A stretch of 64,000 nt of DNA, from positions 101,076,699-101,140,698 of the forward strand of contig NC_092382.1 of the NCBI RefSeq assembly GCF_030028105.1, written 5' to 3'. Below, piece by piece: positions 36,400-50,124 of this stretch (position 1 is the stretch's first letter; every line of letters begins with the position of its first letter). This DNA is from Mobula birostris. Taxonomy: Eukaryota. A model generated the notes under the pieces. That model worked only from the letters and a program-made list of their open reading frames with translations, did no database searches and was not told the origin of the DNA. Both the position numbers and the translations under genes were made by a program.

Positions 36400-37510
36400 C
36401 CAGGATTTACGACAGTTGGAAAACCCAAACAGGTTGGGGAGAGCTAGCATGGCTCTGTTCGGGGCAGATCTTCTCTTACAACTTGAAAGAGTATGTTAAC
36501 GAGGTGAGGAAAGGGATTGATGAGGGTAGGGCAGTGGATGCTGAGCACGTGGTATCAGTCAGGCGTTTGACATACTCGCTCAAGGGGAGAGCCAAAGGGA
36601 ACGGCGGACAATTGGTTGCTTGGACTCATAACATATTTGTGCACAGACGGCAGAGTGAGATGACTGAAGGGACTTATCCGAGATGGAGATCTGCAATTAG
36701 TGATGCTCGACAGTGATCTACGCAGGGATCCCTGCTGCTTGTGATGTATATAAATTACCTGGATGAAAATCTAGGTGGGCTGGCTAGTACATTTGCCGAT
36801 GATGCCAAGATTGATGGAATTGTGGCCACTGTAAAAGATTGGCAAAGCACAGATGAGTTGCAGATATTAACAGCGACATGACAGATGGAAATTAATCCAG
36901 ATAAATCTGTGATGCAGAACGCTGGTATCAAGCAAATATAAAGAAACAGTACAGTGTTTGGGCAAGCTCCTGAAGAGAGTTGCTGAGCAGAGCTACCCTG
37001 GGATGTAAGGTCATAGCCTCTTGAAAGTGGCTACGCAGGTCAACAAGGTGAATAAGAGACTTTTAGAATACGCAAGTCAGCAAGGATCTCAATTAAAGAC
37101 ATAATGTTGCAAATTGTGAAAACTCTGGTTAGGCCACATCGGAACGCTGCCTGGATTAGACAACATGTCTTATGACGAGAGCCTGGACAAACGGGTCGTT
37201 TTCCCTGAAGCGCCGGAGGCTCAAGGGAGATTTGGCAGAAGTTTATAAGCTTAGGAGAGGCATAGATAGAGAAATAGGGAGTATCTGTACCCAAGTATTC
37301 AAATATCGAAGAGAAGAGGCTATGCATCGAAACTGAGAAGAGTAGTTTCACGCGGGATGTGAGGAATAGTTGTTGTTTGTTTTTTTTTCACTCTGAGACC
37401 GTGGATGCCTGGAATGCGCTGACTGGTATAGACGTGGAGGCAAATACATTAGATGATTTTAGGAGACGTCTGGATAGTCATAAGGATGTAAGAAGATGGA
37501 GGATATTAAA
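36400..37510 (+). mobile_element. Degenerate CR1 RT to 3' end
   Basis: Encodes remnants of VDEGRAVD and KFADD and the CR1 3' UTR. Confidence 0.7.
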
Positions 37511-37597
37511 ATTGCTGATGTAGGACTGATGAGTGCTTGAGTATTCTTAAGCTCTATGTTCCGAGTAATTGACACATGACTCCCTCAGCTGAGATTT

Positions 37598-37599
<2 letters not shown>

Positions 37600-37651
<52 letters not shown>
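37600..37651. repeat. (AC)n microsatellite
   Basis: Directly visible pure run. Confidence 0.97.
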
Positions 37652-37653
<2 letters not shown>

Positions 37654-37899
37654 ATATGTATATGTATCAACAGCAATGACTGTCGAGGCTATCCGATGAG
37701 GAGCCCTTGAAAATCAGTCCATATGTCATGGAAACATGAGGAAATCTGTCATGGTGCAGGTCAATGTCGGGGTTTGAATTTTTGAGGGGTATTAACTGTT
37801 ATGATCGTGGTCGTGTGAGTGCTAACGCCCCTGTATCTCCGTCCAGGTGGCAGCAGCGTGAAGAGAGCATGGCCTGGGTCATGGAGATCACTGATGATG

Positions 37900-38340
37900 C
37901 ATTTTGCTTCCCTGAATCTGCGTTCCTTGTAGACGTATTCTGTCTGGGTAGTTTACTACCTGAGGGTATGAACAGCAGAAACTCCTTTGTCCACACTCAC
38001 TACTCTCTCCTGTTCCATCCACGTTCCTGGTTCCTCTCTCGTTTCTTGTTCTCAGCTCACTTACCCATCTTCTCCCCCGGTGAACCCCCTTCCTCGCTTT
38101 CGTGTACTAGCCAGTGTCCTCAGGTTCCCACATCTACGTTCTCGTACAGTTTCCGCCGATCACCGCTCAGCTTCCGAAATCACCCCGCCCGATTCTACAC
38201 TGTCCATCACTTATTTTCACAACCCCCCCCGTCAGTAGGTAATCTACCTCATCGTCCCCTCAGCCGGCCCCTTGACCTTTCCAATCCAGAAAAAGTCTCT
38301 CCAAAGTGTCAGCTGTTCATTTTCTTCATTGGAACATGAC
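37900..38340 (+). mobile_element. Penelope-like element 3' remnant
   Basis: Encodes VFCLGSLLPEGMNS (compare IFRLGSLQPDGMN), followed by a pyrimidine-rich tail. Confidence 0.55.
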
Positions 38341-39054
38341 AGCACCAGAGCAGTCCCGTCGCCCCACAAAGTCGCACTGTACCAGTTAGATAAGTAACCT
38401 AATGACTAACCAATCTCATCTGCTTGAATTATCAGCATGTCCTTCCATTTTCCTCAGAGGCACATGTCTGTATCAGCAGCTCCTCAATGTCTCCCCTCCT
38501 TGTGTCCCCACCACCACACCAGGAAGTGCATCCCATGCACCCACTACTCTCTGTGTAAAGGTCTTGCTCTTTCGAGTTCATTTGAAATTTCCGCCCGAAG
38601 ATCCTCCGGCGCCTTGCGTAAGTTAAATTGTTTGTGTCGTCCGCAAGATTATTAGTCAACTCATTCACATGCATCCAAGTTATTTATATGTGTCACAAAT
38701 CCCGGAACAACTCACTGTCGAACTTATTCTACAGACTGTTATTTCTCCTTTCTAATTAAAATGCGATTCCCGGGTGACAACATTGAAATCTCGGCATTGT
38801 CGACTGCCATCTTCTGCTGGCATACGAATCTACTTTTCTTTTATGTTTACATAGTGTTATCAAAAACCAGAGGGGTCATAGTCATAGACTTACCTGCCTG
38901 GGAGATATTGCCGTATTTCTCAACCGTTTCGAAGCAACAGACACTGAACTGCCGTATTACTTTGACACAGTTATGTTTTCTGTGACCACAGTTTCAACCC
39001 ATCTGCACTTTTACCAGCCTCCTTCAAAATCTCCAACTCCATCACGTCCCATTC

Positions 39055-39143
39055 GCCCTTCAATTTATAATAACCAGTGGTCCCAGTAGCCCTTCAATTT
39101 ATAATAACCAGTGGTCCCAATAGCCCTTCAATTTATAATAACC
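39055..39143. repeat. 34-bp tandem repeat, 2.6 copies, just 3' of the GPCR2 stop codon
   Basis: gcccttcaatttataataaccagtggtccca(g/a)ta at 39055 and 39089, and a partial copy at 39123. Confidence 0.95.
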
Positions 39144-39185
39144 TACCAGATAAAATGGGACATATTGGGCGGTATGGGAGAAGTG

Positions 39186-40099
39186 TCACCGAGGATTAAT
39201 GCAATCCTGACAACGCCGAATGGACTTTGCCATGAGGCGTAAGGGCGATTTCACCGTCTCCTTCAGCTGCACCCTAAACCTGGCCTGGACCACGGCGTAA
39301 AGGGCCGTGTTGGTGCAGCAGCTCAGGAGCTGCAGCATGTAGCCCAGCTCCCGCAGAGAACTCGGGGGAATCGAATCAAAGCTCTCCCATATGGAATCCA
39401 CCGTCAGCAGCGCCCACAGCAGGATGAAATTCCCCGACATAACCAGCAGTAAGAGGAGGGCTTGCCTGCGGTTCTTCAACTCCGGGTCGGCGGGCATTTC
39501 GCCATCCCGCGAACCACGGAGTCTCCTCCGGGCTCGGCTGGCGAGGAAGACGTGTCTGATGGTTAAACTATTGAGCAGGAGTATCAGGACAAAGGGGAAT
39601 ATTGGGGTGAGGAGGAAATGAATCAGTCGAAATGTTGCCAGCTGAGAAATGGAAAATGAACGGTTACTAATAAGGCAGAGCAAGGACATATCTAATGCGG
39701 AATATGACTCATCCAGCATAAAGTACCAGAATATGTTCTTTACGCAGCTCAGCACAGTCACTGTCCCCAGAACCAGAGCCGCCGCTCTCCCGGTGCAGTT
39801 TCTTCGTTTCAGCTCCTGAAAACAAATGGCGACAAACCGATCAAAGGTGAAAGTGACGGTGAACCAGACGGAACAGTCCGTGGCGGCGTAGAACACAACG
39901 GCGTGGATATTACACACGCGAGCACGATGTGACCAGTTGAAAAACTCCATTCGCACGTTAGTCACCGGAATTTTGCTCAATACCAGATCGAAGAGAACGA
40001 CGAGCTGATCCGCTGCTACCATGGCAACCAGGTACCTTCTGACGCCTTTGGAGAGACCGCACTTTCCCCGAGACAGGATGACGATTGTCACCACGTTCA
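39186..40099 (-). CDS. GPR139-like GPCR copy 2, exon 2; spliced protein 364 aa
   Basis: Acceptor ccgcacag|TG at 40100-40101. The open frame runs VNVVTIVILSRGKCGLSKG...FDRF...TNTALY...CINPR*. Confidence 0.93.
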
Positions 40100-41778
40100 C
40101 TGTGCGGACGGAAATATAGAAGATTAATACACTTTTGCATGGAAATAGTTCTCTGAAAGCAACTATTTTAATCGATAGCACTCCCAAGAGCAGAGATGAA
40201 CATGGAATTAATGTAACTATGAAGGAGATTATCAGGATCATTATTAAATTGGCAGTGAGTACAATGCACCTGCTGAAGTTCAGAAGGATGAGAGGAGTCT
40301 CATTGAAACTTATTGAACATTGAAAGGCCGAGATATCGTGGACGCGGAGAGGGTTGCTTCAGTCGTGGTGGAGTCTACAACCTGAAGACGAGGCTTCACA
40401 ATAAAAAGACATCCCTTTAGAACGGAGATGGGTCCTAATTTCTTCAGACCGAGACAGGTGAATGTGTGTAATTCAGCGGCACAGACGGTTCATTGGAACC
40501 ATTGGCAGAGGAGAGTGATGGGTGCTTTATTCATCAGGCTGCCGATGGCTGCGGGGCTGGGCGCCAGAATGTGGTTGAGTGCGATAATGAATCAGCTACA
40601 CGGAAAGGCGGCGAAGGCTCGGTGCTCGGCTGGTCGAATTCACCTTCTGAGCTTTATGGGCAAAGCAGCGATAGCAATCGAATCCTGAAACGTATTCTGA
40701 TCTTTAGCACCAGGAGAACGAGTTGCAAACGGGAAGTGTTAGGAGAGTAATGAACGAATTAATGTACCAAGTACCACGGTGACAGAAATTCAACTCCCCT
40801 CAGCTCTGAACACGAGAGAAAGTGAGAATCTAAGAACATTAATAATAGGAGCAGCGATAGTCCATCTGTTCGGACTGGCATGATCTGACAATGAAGAAGA
40901 TCATGGCTGATCTGACCATGGACTCATCGCCGCATACCTACCTTTTCCACATAGCCCTTAATTCGTCTACTATGCAAAATCAATGGCAGCCAGTCTTAAA
41001 TATATTTATTGAAGTTGCCTCCAGTGCTGCACTGAGCAGAGAATTCCACAATTCACCGGCCTCTGAGAGAAGAAATTCCTCCTCAACACGATCCTAAGTT
41101 CAGTCCGCAGAATCCTCAGACTATGCCCCGTAGGTCTAACCTCGCCTATCAGTTGAAACAACTTTCCGGCGACTATCTTATCTATCCATTCCATAATTTT
41201 ATATGTTTCTAGCAACTTCCTCTCATTCTTCTGAGTTCCAGCGAGTAAGATGCCAATCGAAACAATTTCCCCACATAGCCGAACCACCTCAGCTCTGCAA
41301 TCAATTGGTGATCCGCCTGCACAGCCAATTTATCCATCCTCAAGTCGGGAGACCAGAACTGCACAGTTCTCCAAATGCCTCCTCAATAGTACCTTGTCCA
41401 GCTGCAGCACATCCTCCCTACTCAATCACTCTGACAACCAAGGCTAACATCCTGTTTACTTTCTTGACAGTCTGCTGCACCTGCAAACCAAACTTTTGTG
41501 ATTTAAAGCACAAGTACTCCAAAGCGCCTCCGCACAGCAGCATACTGCAATCGTTTACCACGTAAATAATATTCTGTTCTTATAATTGTCCTTCCCATTC
41601 GATAACCTCGCATTTACCAACTTTGCACTCCATCTGCCGGACGCTGCTACATTCGCTGAACATATTAATATCCCACTGCATGTTGTCAGTTTCCTCTGCA
41701 CTCTTTGTGGCGTCGATAGATCATGGAAGTGATGATGCCCACGTACCCTTATGCTTTTTAACTGGTGAGACGTTGGAG

Positions 41779-42213
41779 TATTACATAACTGGTGGGTATC
41801 TTGTGACTGTCTTGTGACCATGATGTAGTTCAGTACCTTGTAAGATTAGGAAGGTTTGTGCAATGTTCATTCGCCAGGACAAGGTCAGTTCATTTAAACC
41901 ATTTGATTTCCTTCGCTGTGAATCTATTGGACAGAATCAGAAGTAACGTCACGTCTCGAAGACAGCCGTTTCCAGAGACAGCTCTCCTGATTGACCGTGT
42001 AAATCACTTGGGCTTTCGAAGTTACCATTTTAATACTGTGTTCGAACTTACCACTTTAAGAACTGTTCCGGGGTTTTCGCATAGCAGTTAACTTCTGGTT
42101 AAGTTAGTCATTTGAATAGTTTTCGCTATTGCTGACCAGAATGTATTACATGTTTGTTTGTTTGTTTATAAAAACTGACACAATTATATATTTGTGTTGC
42201 GGGTGACGTGACA
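41779..42213 (+). mobile_element. Solo LTR in the GPCR2 intron only, related to the 55252-55850 LTR
   Basis: Ends tattaca...gtgaca. It shares gttaacttc(t/c)ggttaag and cttgg(g/a)cttt(c/t)gaa blocks with the 55-kb LTR, and is absent at the orthologous site in introns 1 and 3. Confidence 0.65.
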
Positions 42214-42816
42214 TAAGCTATTTGTTTGTTGATTTATTTATTTTTAAATTAATTCCGCTAATACTATATTCTGCCAACATATTTAACCTACCTAAAAGAA
42301 CGACTCTCATTTACCTATGTTGAACTCCAACTGCCTCTTCTTAACGCAGTTTTGCATCCTCTCAAAGTCCAGGTGTAACCTCTGACAGCCCTCCACACTG
42401 TCCACAGCGCCCCCAATCTTCTTTCATTACCAAATGTACTAACCCATCGCTCCACTCCCTCATCCAGGTCATTTATGAAAATCAGGAAGAGTAGGAGTTC
42501 CAGAACAGATCCCTGAACCACACCACTGGTCAACGACCTCAATGCAGAATATGACAGTCTACAACAACACTTTGCCTTCTGTGGATAAGCCATTTCTGTA
42601 TCGGCATAGCAATGTCCCCTTGGATGACATGCCTCCTAAATTTCACAATAAGACTTGCATGGGGTACCTTATCAAATACACTCAGCCGATGTTTGCTGAA
42701 GCGATACCGGTTGGAAAGACCTGTCTTGCAATTAGCGAGTCGTTAGAATACAGGGATGAATGAGAAGCTAAATTCTATTTTTCAACATAATCATGAGGAA
42801 GAGACGAGACACTTAC

Positions 42817-42997
42817 CAAGAGGAGCTACAGTTGCGAGTGCAGGGTAGTAAAACTCTTGGACTCTCCGAAGGAGGAGACTGATTCGATTGTCCAAAATCA
42901 GCCATTGGTAATCATCAACAAGATGTGGATACAGCAAGAAAAGGTACTTCGCAATTTCCGTAGCATTGGGCGATGCAGTTCCAGGATTATAATCCAT
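42817..42997 (-). CDS. GPR139-like GPCR copy 2, exon 1
   Basis: MDYNPGTASPNAT...YYPALATVAPL plus G, 181 nt, GTAAGT donor. Intron 2717 bp. Confidence 0.9.
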
Positions 42998-43476
42998 TGC
43001 TGGGATTCGTGTTCCCGATCCAGCCTCTGTCTTCTCTCTGCCTGCAGCCTCTAGTCTCTGATAGCGTAGACTGGTGGCTCTCTCTGAAACTGTGGTTGTG
43101 AGGGAGACATATTAATAGAAAAGGTAACCAGCAGCCACACCTCCGCGGTGACGACGACAATCCCCACGGAAACTCCCTTCATTAAACTCTCCGGAATGAC
43201 AGGTGCAATTAACCCTTTATTTGCAGGCCGTCAGAGAAGCGATATCAAAGCAGATTGCAAGTGTATACAATAATCCCACCAGTCGGCTGTCCACAGATGC
43301 GTGCCCTGTCTGTAAATGGACACAAAACTAAGAAACTTTTTGACACACAGCTGGACACTGATATACAACCAGACTGAAAAGGAAGGTACACGCAGCAAAT
43401 AAAAAGAAAACTATAGTGATATACACAGTTTAAAATAATTATTGCACAGATAGTTCTTAAAAATTATAGTTGTATA

Positions 43477-44925
43477 CAGTGGCATGCAATGGTTTGGGCA
43501 CCCTGGTCAAAATTTGTGTACCTGTAATAGCTCAGCGAGTAAAAGGTGTCCTGATTTCCAAAAAAGCATAAAGTTAAAGATGACAGATTTCTTTAATAAC
43601 TGAAGCAGGACTACTTTATACTTTTTTCCATCCTTTACTGTTACAAAATAACAAACATGGAAAATGTTCTGAAGCAAAAGTTTGCGCACCCTGCATGGTC
43701 AGTACTTGGTACTCCCCCTTTGGCAAGTATCAAAACTTGTGAACGCTTTTCGTAGCCGAACAAGTCTCTTTCAATGATGTTTGGGGATTTTCGCCTACTC
43801 TTCCTTGTAAAAGGCTTCTAGTTCTGTGCGATTCTTGCGCCATCTTATATGCACTGTTTTTTTGAGGTTTATCGAAAGATTTTCGATGATATTGTGGTCG
43901 GCGGACTGCAAGGGGCATGGTAAAACCTTCAGCTTGTGCCTCTTGAGGTAGTCTATTGTGGATGATGAGGTGTGTTTCGGATCATTATCGTGTTGCAGAA
44001 GTCACCCTTTTTTGATCAGTAGCTTTTGAATAGACGGTGTGATGTTAGTTTCCAGAATTTGCTGGTATTTAATTGAATTAATTCCTCCCTCTACCAGTGA
44101 AATGTTGCCTGTGCTATTGCTGCATCAAAATCCCAAATCATGTTTGACTCACCCCCGTGCTTAACGGTTGCAGTGGTGTTATTTTCATGAAATTCCTCAC
44201 TCTCTTTTTCTCCAAACATACCTTTGCTCATTGCGACCGGTAAGTTAAATTTTAACATCATCAGTCCGAAGGACTTGTTTCCAAAATGCATCAGGCTTGT
44301 TTAGATGTGCCTTTGCAAACTTCTCACGCTGAGTTTCGTGGTGAGGACGCAGGAAAAGTTTTTTTTGTTTTTTTTCTGCTGACTCTTCCATGAAGGTCAC
44401 ATGTGTGCATGTGTTGCTGCACAGAAGAACAGTGCACCCCCACTCCAGAGTCCGCGAAATCTTCCTGAAGGTCTTTTGCAGTCAACTGGGGAATTTAATT
44501 TGCTTTTTTTTCGCAATCCTGCGAGCAGTCTCTGACATAGTTATCTTGTTCTTCCACACCTCAACTTGACCACCACCGTTTCTGTTAACTGCCATTTCTT
44601 AATTGCATTACGAACTGAGGAAACAGCTACATGAACATGCTTTGCTATCTTCTTTTAGCCTTCTCCTGCTTTGAGGGCATCATTTATTTTAATTTTCGGA
44701 AGGCTTGGAAGCTGCTTAGAGGTGACAATGTCTGCTGATTGTTTGGACAATGTTTGAGGAGTCGGGTTATTTCAAAAACTTTGACATTTGCATTCCCTGG
44801 CCTTTCCTAACGATGACCGTGAACAAACCAGAGCCCTAACAAGATAATTACGGTGTGAGACCTTGGTAAAAGTGTTCAAAGAGCTCAAATCTCTAGGTGT
44901 ACCCAAACTTCTGCATGGTGCTCTT
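43477..44925 (-). mobile_element. Tc1 DNA transposon upstream of GPCR2, at the same site as in unit 1
   Basis: Starts TA|cagtggcatgcaatggtttgggcacc, with the inverted end ggtgtacccaaacttctgcatgg at ~44896-44918 and an inner direct repeat at ~43675. The transposase remnant reads TVKHGGESNMIW. Confidence 0.88.
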
Positions 44926-45119
44926 TTCCTTCATCTTCACTCGAAAATTGATCAAAGCAAAAAATACACGAACCTTGCTTCAAATGTTGAAAAGAATGAT
45001 TCATCTGTAACTTTATGAATTCTGCAGATCAGTTCATCTTCGACTCACTGAACGTTTCACTGTAGCAGACATTTTGACCGGGGTCCTCAAATATTTGCAA
45101 ACCAGTGTAGGTAGATTGA

Positions 45120-47130
45120 AAATGATATCGAGTTTGATAATTTCAAAACAATGATTTTTTAGAAAAAAGAGTTTTTACCAGCGGCCAATCGCGTCTCCCT
45201 GTGATTTAGGAGGAGAGGACAGCACAGGTATAAAAGGCAACAGCGGGTCCTTAGATTGAGAAGCAGGTTTGACTAGCGACCAGGAGGCGTTTGTGGTTGA
45301 GCTGCAAGAGGAAGGCAGGGTCAGATGCAGTGGCCATCGTCTGAATGTGCCGCGAAGCAGGTGATCTTCAGGCTTCTGCTCGCCGAGGCGTCAGCTCAGG
45401 ATACAAAGCAGGCAAAGAAAAGGAAAGCACTAGGCTAAGTCTTGTGTTCCTTCCCTTCTATATATCTGATCAGATAGGTTAACAGAGAAGCCAGACAGGA
45501 TAGTTAAATGCTCCTCTTGCGGCATCTGGGGAGGCATAGAGAACTCCAGTAACCCTGACGACGACAGCTGCGAGAGCTGCATTCAGCTGCAGCTTCTGAC
45601 AATCCGCGTTAACATAGAACATAGAATATAGAACGTAGTATAGTACAGTACAGTACAGGCCCTTCGGCACACAATGTTGTGCCGACCCTCAAATCCTGCC
45701 TCCCATATAACCCCCCACCTTAAATTCCTCCATATACCTGTCTAGTAGTCTCTTAAACTTCACCAGTGTATCTGCCTCCACCACTGACTCAGGCAGTGCA
45801 TTCTACGCACCAAAAACTCTCTGAGCTAAAAACCTTCCTATAATATCGCTCTTGAACTTCCCACCCCTTACCTAAAAGCCATGTCCTCATGTATTGAGCA
45901 GTGGTGCCCTGGGGAAGAAGCGCTGTCTATCCACTCTATCTATTCCTCGTATTACCTTGTACAGCTCTATCATGTCTCCTCTCACCCTCCTTCTCTCCAA
46001 AGAGTAAAGCCCTAGCTCCCTTAATCTCTGATCATAATGCATACTTTCTAAACCAGCCAGCATCCTGACAAATCTCCTCGGTACCCTTTCCAATGCTTCC
46101 ACATCCTTCCTATAGTGAGGCGACCAGAACTGGACACAGTACTCCAAGTGTGGACTAACCAGAGATTTGCAGAGCTGCATCGTTACATCACGACTCTTAA
46201 ACTCCATCCCCCGACTTATGAAAGATAACACCCCATAAGCTTTCTTAACTACCCTTTCTATCTGTGAGGCAGTTTTCATGGATCTGGGTACGTGTACCCC
46301 CAGATCGCTCTGTCCCTCTACACTACCATGTATCCTGCTATTTACTTTGTACTGTGCCTTGGAGTTTCTCCTTCCACAGTGAACCACCTCACACTTGCCA
46401 GGTTGAACTCCATCTGCCATTCAGGAGGTGGAGCTAGAACTGGACGAGCTGCAGATCATTCCTGAGGCTGAAGTGGTGATGGATAAGGCATATAGAGAGG
46501 CAGTTACACCCAGGGTGCAGGGCACAGGAGACTGTCTGACAGTCATGAAGGAAAAATGGCTGAAGGGGACAGGGCAGAGTTCTCTTCTCGACAACTCGCT
46601 CAACATTTTGGATACCGTCGCGGAGTTTGTGGGGCAGGAGAATCAACTAACAGTGTTCAATCACAGTAGTCGGTCGCAGGCGCTTAGTTTGCCTCTGTGA
46701 CTCACAACGGAAGTGTGCGTTGAGCGGTGACTGTCTGTGTGTGTGGGGTTGCGGAGGGCGGAAGCGTAGAAGTCACGATGTGGTGATAGGATATTCGATA
46801 GTGGTGCGGACAGGTGGTTCTGTCGCGACAACATCACGGATATCTCGGATCGAGTCCTCACCACTCTTAAGCGGGAGTGTGAACTGCTCGAAATCGTAGC
46901 CTATTTAGTTACCAATGACATGTGTGTGATGAACGATGCTGTTCTGCACTGCCAGTACGGGAGTTCAGAGCGAATTTAAAAGGGAGAACCACCAGGATCT
47001 GCTGCCCGTTCCACGTGCTTGTGAGGCCGAAAGCAGGAAAGTTTTCCAGATTAATATGTTTCTAAAGAGTTGCTTTTACATCCTAGTCCTCTGGAAATGG
47101 ATGCTAAACTTGCATTTGGCTTCCTCACCT
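45120..47130 (+). mobile_element. CR1 5' region and ORF1 (zinc finger plus esterase-like domain), interrupted by a younger CR1
   Basis: Encodes KCSSCGIW...CESCIQLQLL up to 45610, resumes ELELDELQII at ~46428, and shows GDRIFDSG / GVRTND-type esterase remnants. Confidence 0.75.
45611..46421 (-). mobile_element. Young 5'-truncated CR1 insertion
   Basis: ORF 45887-46420 (PHLEYCVQFWSPHYRKDVEALERV...LGLYSLERRR) with a tail of short tandem repeats at 45611-45655. Confidence 0.9.
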
Positions 47131-50124
47131 TTCTGCAAATTTTCCTGTAGGGAATCCTTGCAAAAGACTCTGCACCTCTGCTTGTTTCTCCATTGTTAAA
47201 ATAGAACAGGCATACACAGAGAATATACAGTTTATGGTATGGGGAAGGAGCTGTTTACAGACACCAGTCCTCTGAAAGTGGATTGGAACATGAATTTGGC
47301 TCCCTTACCACTGACTCAAACTGCAGATTTTCCTCTGGCTCTGCACTCTTATTTTCAATTCAAATATTCTTCCCAATTACGAAATAGTCCACGACTTTAT
47401 TCCCTCTGTCAAAGAGTAAGACTGGGCCCTTTCCTGCATCATATTCCTGCTGCCAATTCTTTGCCTGTGGTCCTGTTTGTTAATTCCTTTTGCAAGCACC
47501 ATGCTTCCTAATCTCTACCTGCCCTTCCATCTACCTTTGCATGTGTCTCCAACCCTGCCACAAACCAATCAAATGCTTCATCCAAATCATTGACGTACAA
47601 CGCCAATTATACGACGACTGATCGATGACTATACATGGGAAAATCCATAATAACCTTCCGGATATAGTAACACAGGATAGACAAAGTATAACAACATATT
47701 CCATGGATAAAGCCGTTGCGAACACAGATAACATACAGAAATCATAGTTGAAAAACACCACAATATGCTGAATCAAGAGAGGAAAGTGAAAGAGGATAGA
47801 ACATGAGTAGGGAATATATTATCCCAGTAATAATATTTACAACTAGTATCATCGCTTTCGTTGCAAAACAGCATTACAATTAGCGCTGAGATCAAATATT
47901 TATATAAATTTCAAGAAGGCTGTAAGACCAAGCACCTCTAAATATTCCGAAAGCTCTGAGCATTTGTGAAATGGGCGTGTTTGTTTCAGGATTTACCAGT
48001 GGGGCGGTGAGTGTTGTTATCCACTTTCGCTCAGGAACCTGATTTTTGCGAAGTCACGACTGCTCGTAAACCTGAATTAGGAATCCTGAAGCCTGACTCA
48101 GGTCCCTGGTTCAAGGGGGTAAAAAAAAAAAACAGCCAAGTCTCGCTTCGCCGTTGTCAAGAAAACACCCTTACTTCTTCAGTTCCTGAAAGGAAAAGGA
48201 AATTCGCTAGGTTCCCTTTGACTCTCCCCAATATTTAAACCATCCTGTCCTTTCATAACCAGCAGGGGGTCTGGCCACCCAGCCAGAGTAATAATGATAA
48301 TGAGGTCGCAGAAAATAAATCTAGGTGGCATACTATGCTGTTACATAGAATATAAGCACCTGATGAAATCGATTGAAATCAGTCTGCATGTCCTCTTGTT
48401 TAAAGCGGAGGTTACGAGGCTGTTGATCACAAAGGGTTTCAAAAGATACGGGGATAATCAGGCAGAATATTGGGAAATGCCATCTGCACCCTCTCTGAAG
48501 CTTCCATGTGTTGTGTATAATGGACCGACAGGAACTGAACACAGTGCTCCAAGTATGGTCTACTAAGAGTGTTATAGCGTTGTAACATTACCCTCTACTC
48601 CGAGCTGGAATAGTGTCACACTAACCGCTACACAACATACTGTTCCAACTTGTAACTCAACAATCCACCTATACACTGTCTCTTTCAGATCATTTACAAA
48701 CATCAGAAAGAGCAGGATCCCGAGAAGATCTCTTGGATCTGCTGTGTAATTTGCAGCCCTGTTGCAAATTAGTGCCATGAAATAACAGACAGAATTCGAC
48801 TCAAGGGATTATATTTATGAATCTTAACGAACTAAGGGGTTAGTAAGGAGGAACAAACCGAAGAAAGCCCATTCCAATGAAACAGTCAAATACGCACAAG
48901 TTGGAGTTAATCTTGAACTTCTTTGGTAGTCGTTTGCTGGTCACTCGGTCAAGGTGAAGCGCACACCACCTTCAGAACGTCGCTCGCCGTCCATCTCGAA
49001 CAAACAGTTCCCCACCCGATTAAATCCTCCGATCAGTTCTCACGGCGTCTTCTTTCCTAATCTCCCGCCGAACCAAAAATAAAGCAAGACCAACCTTAGT
49101 GTCTCTCGCCAGAAAATCTCCCCCTAAGTCTAACATTCCAATTCGATAGCACGCATTCGTTATCTTCAACAGTATCCCAAACAGGTTGCCAGCAGAACAG
49201 ACTGGTCTTACCGAACTGCTAAATGAAATACATAAAACATGCCCGTAAATGTATGAGGCAGGGAGTTATAGCACTTTGATCATCATTGTTCTTTGAAGTT
49301 TGAACTTAGAGCAGATTCCTACAGAAAGTACCGCCGAAACTCATCAGGTCAGACAGCATCTCTTGTCATGAATAAGCACTCTACGTCGCGGTCCGAGAGC
49401 ATTCATTCGGACTTGACAGCAGCAATGCACGTTTACTGTCTACATAGTTTTGATCAGTTCCCTGCACGTCACCGATATTTGCAAATGATCATCGTGACAC
49501 CGAGCCGAAGCAAAAACTGATAAAAAAAATAGTTCTGTAGCTGTCATCAACTTTACACCACAGAAACATAAGACTATGAAATATAGGAACAGAATTAGGC
49601 CATTTGGCCCAACGTGTCTGCTCAATCATGGCTGATATTTTGCTTCCCATACTCATCCCCAATCCCCGGCCTTCTTCCCGAAACGTTCATTGCTGCGTCC
49701 AATCAACAACCAATAAATCTCTGGCTTAAATAAACCCAAGGATACGGCCTCCACGGCTGAATCTGGGAACAAATTCACCATTCTCTGGCGAAAGATAGTT
49801 CTCTGCTTCTCTGTTTTAAATTGACGCCTCTGTGTTCTGAGACTGCACCCTCTTGTCTCAGACACCCCAGCCTTGGGAAGCATCTTTGCACATCCATCTG
49901 CCTTGGCTGTTCAATATCCGAAAGGTTGAAATGAGATCCCACCTCATCCTTCTGACGTTGTTGAGAGTACAGAGTTTTCAATAGGTCCCCTGGTAGCAGC
50001 AGAGATACCGAGGAGCAGATTGGGAGCAACACACAGAAAATTTGCTGGTGAACGCAGCAGGCCAGGCAGCATCTCTAGGAAGAGGTACAAACGTCGTTTC
50101 GGGTCGAGACCCTTCGTCAGAACC

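Noticed and set aside
39055-39143. CRISPR-like appearance of the 34-bp repeats
   Set aside because: The repeats are directly adjacent with no spacers, and the context is vertebrate. It is an ordinary minisatellite.
45185-45236. CCAAT and TATAAAAG promoter-like pair
   Set aside because: It lies at the 5' end of a CR1 element and points away from GPCR2. No host exon follows it.
48770-49260. Possible additional solo LTR
   Set aside because: LTR-like composition, but I could not identify clean termini or a target-site duplication.
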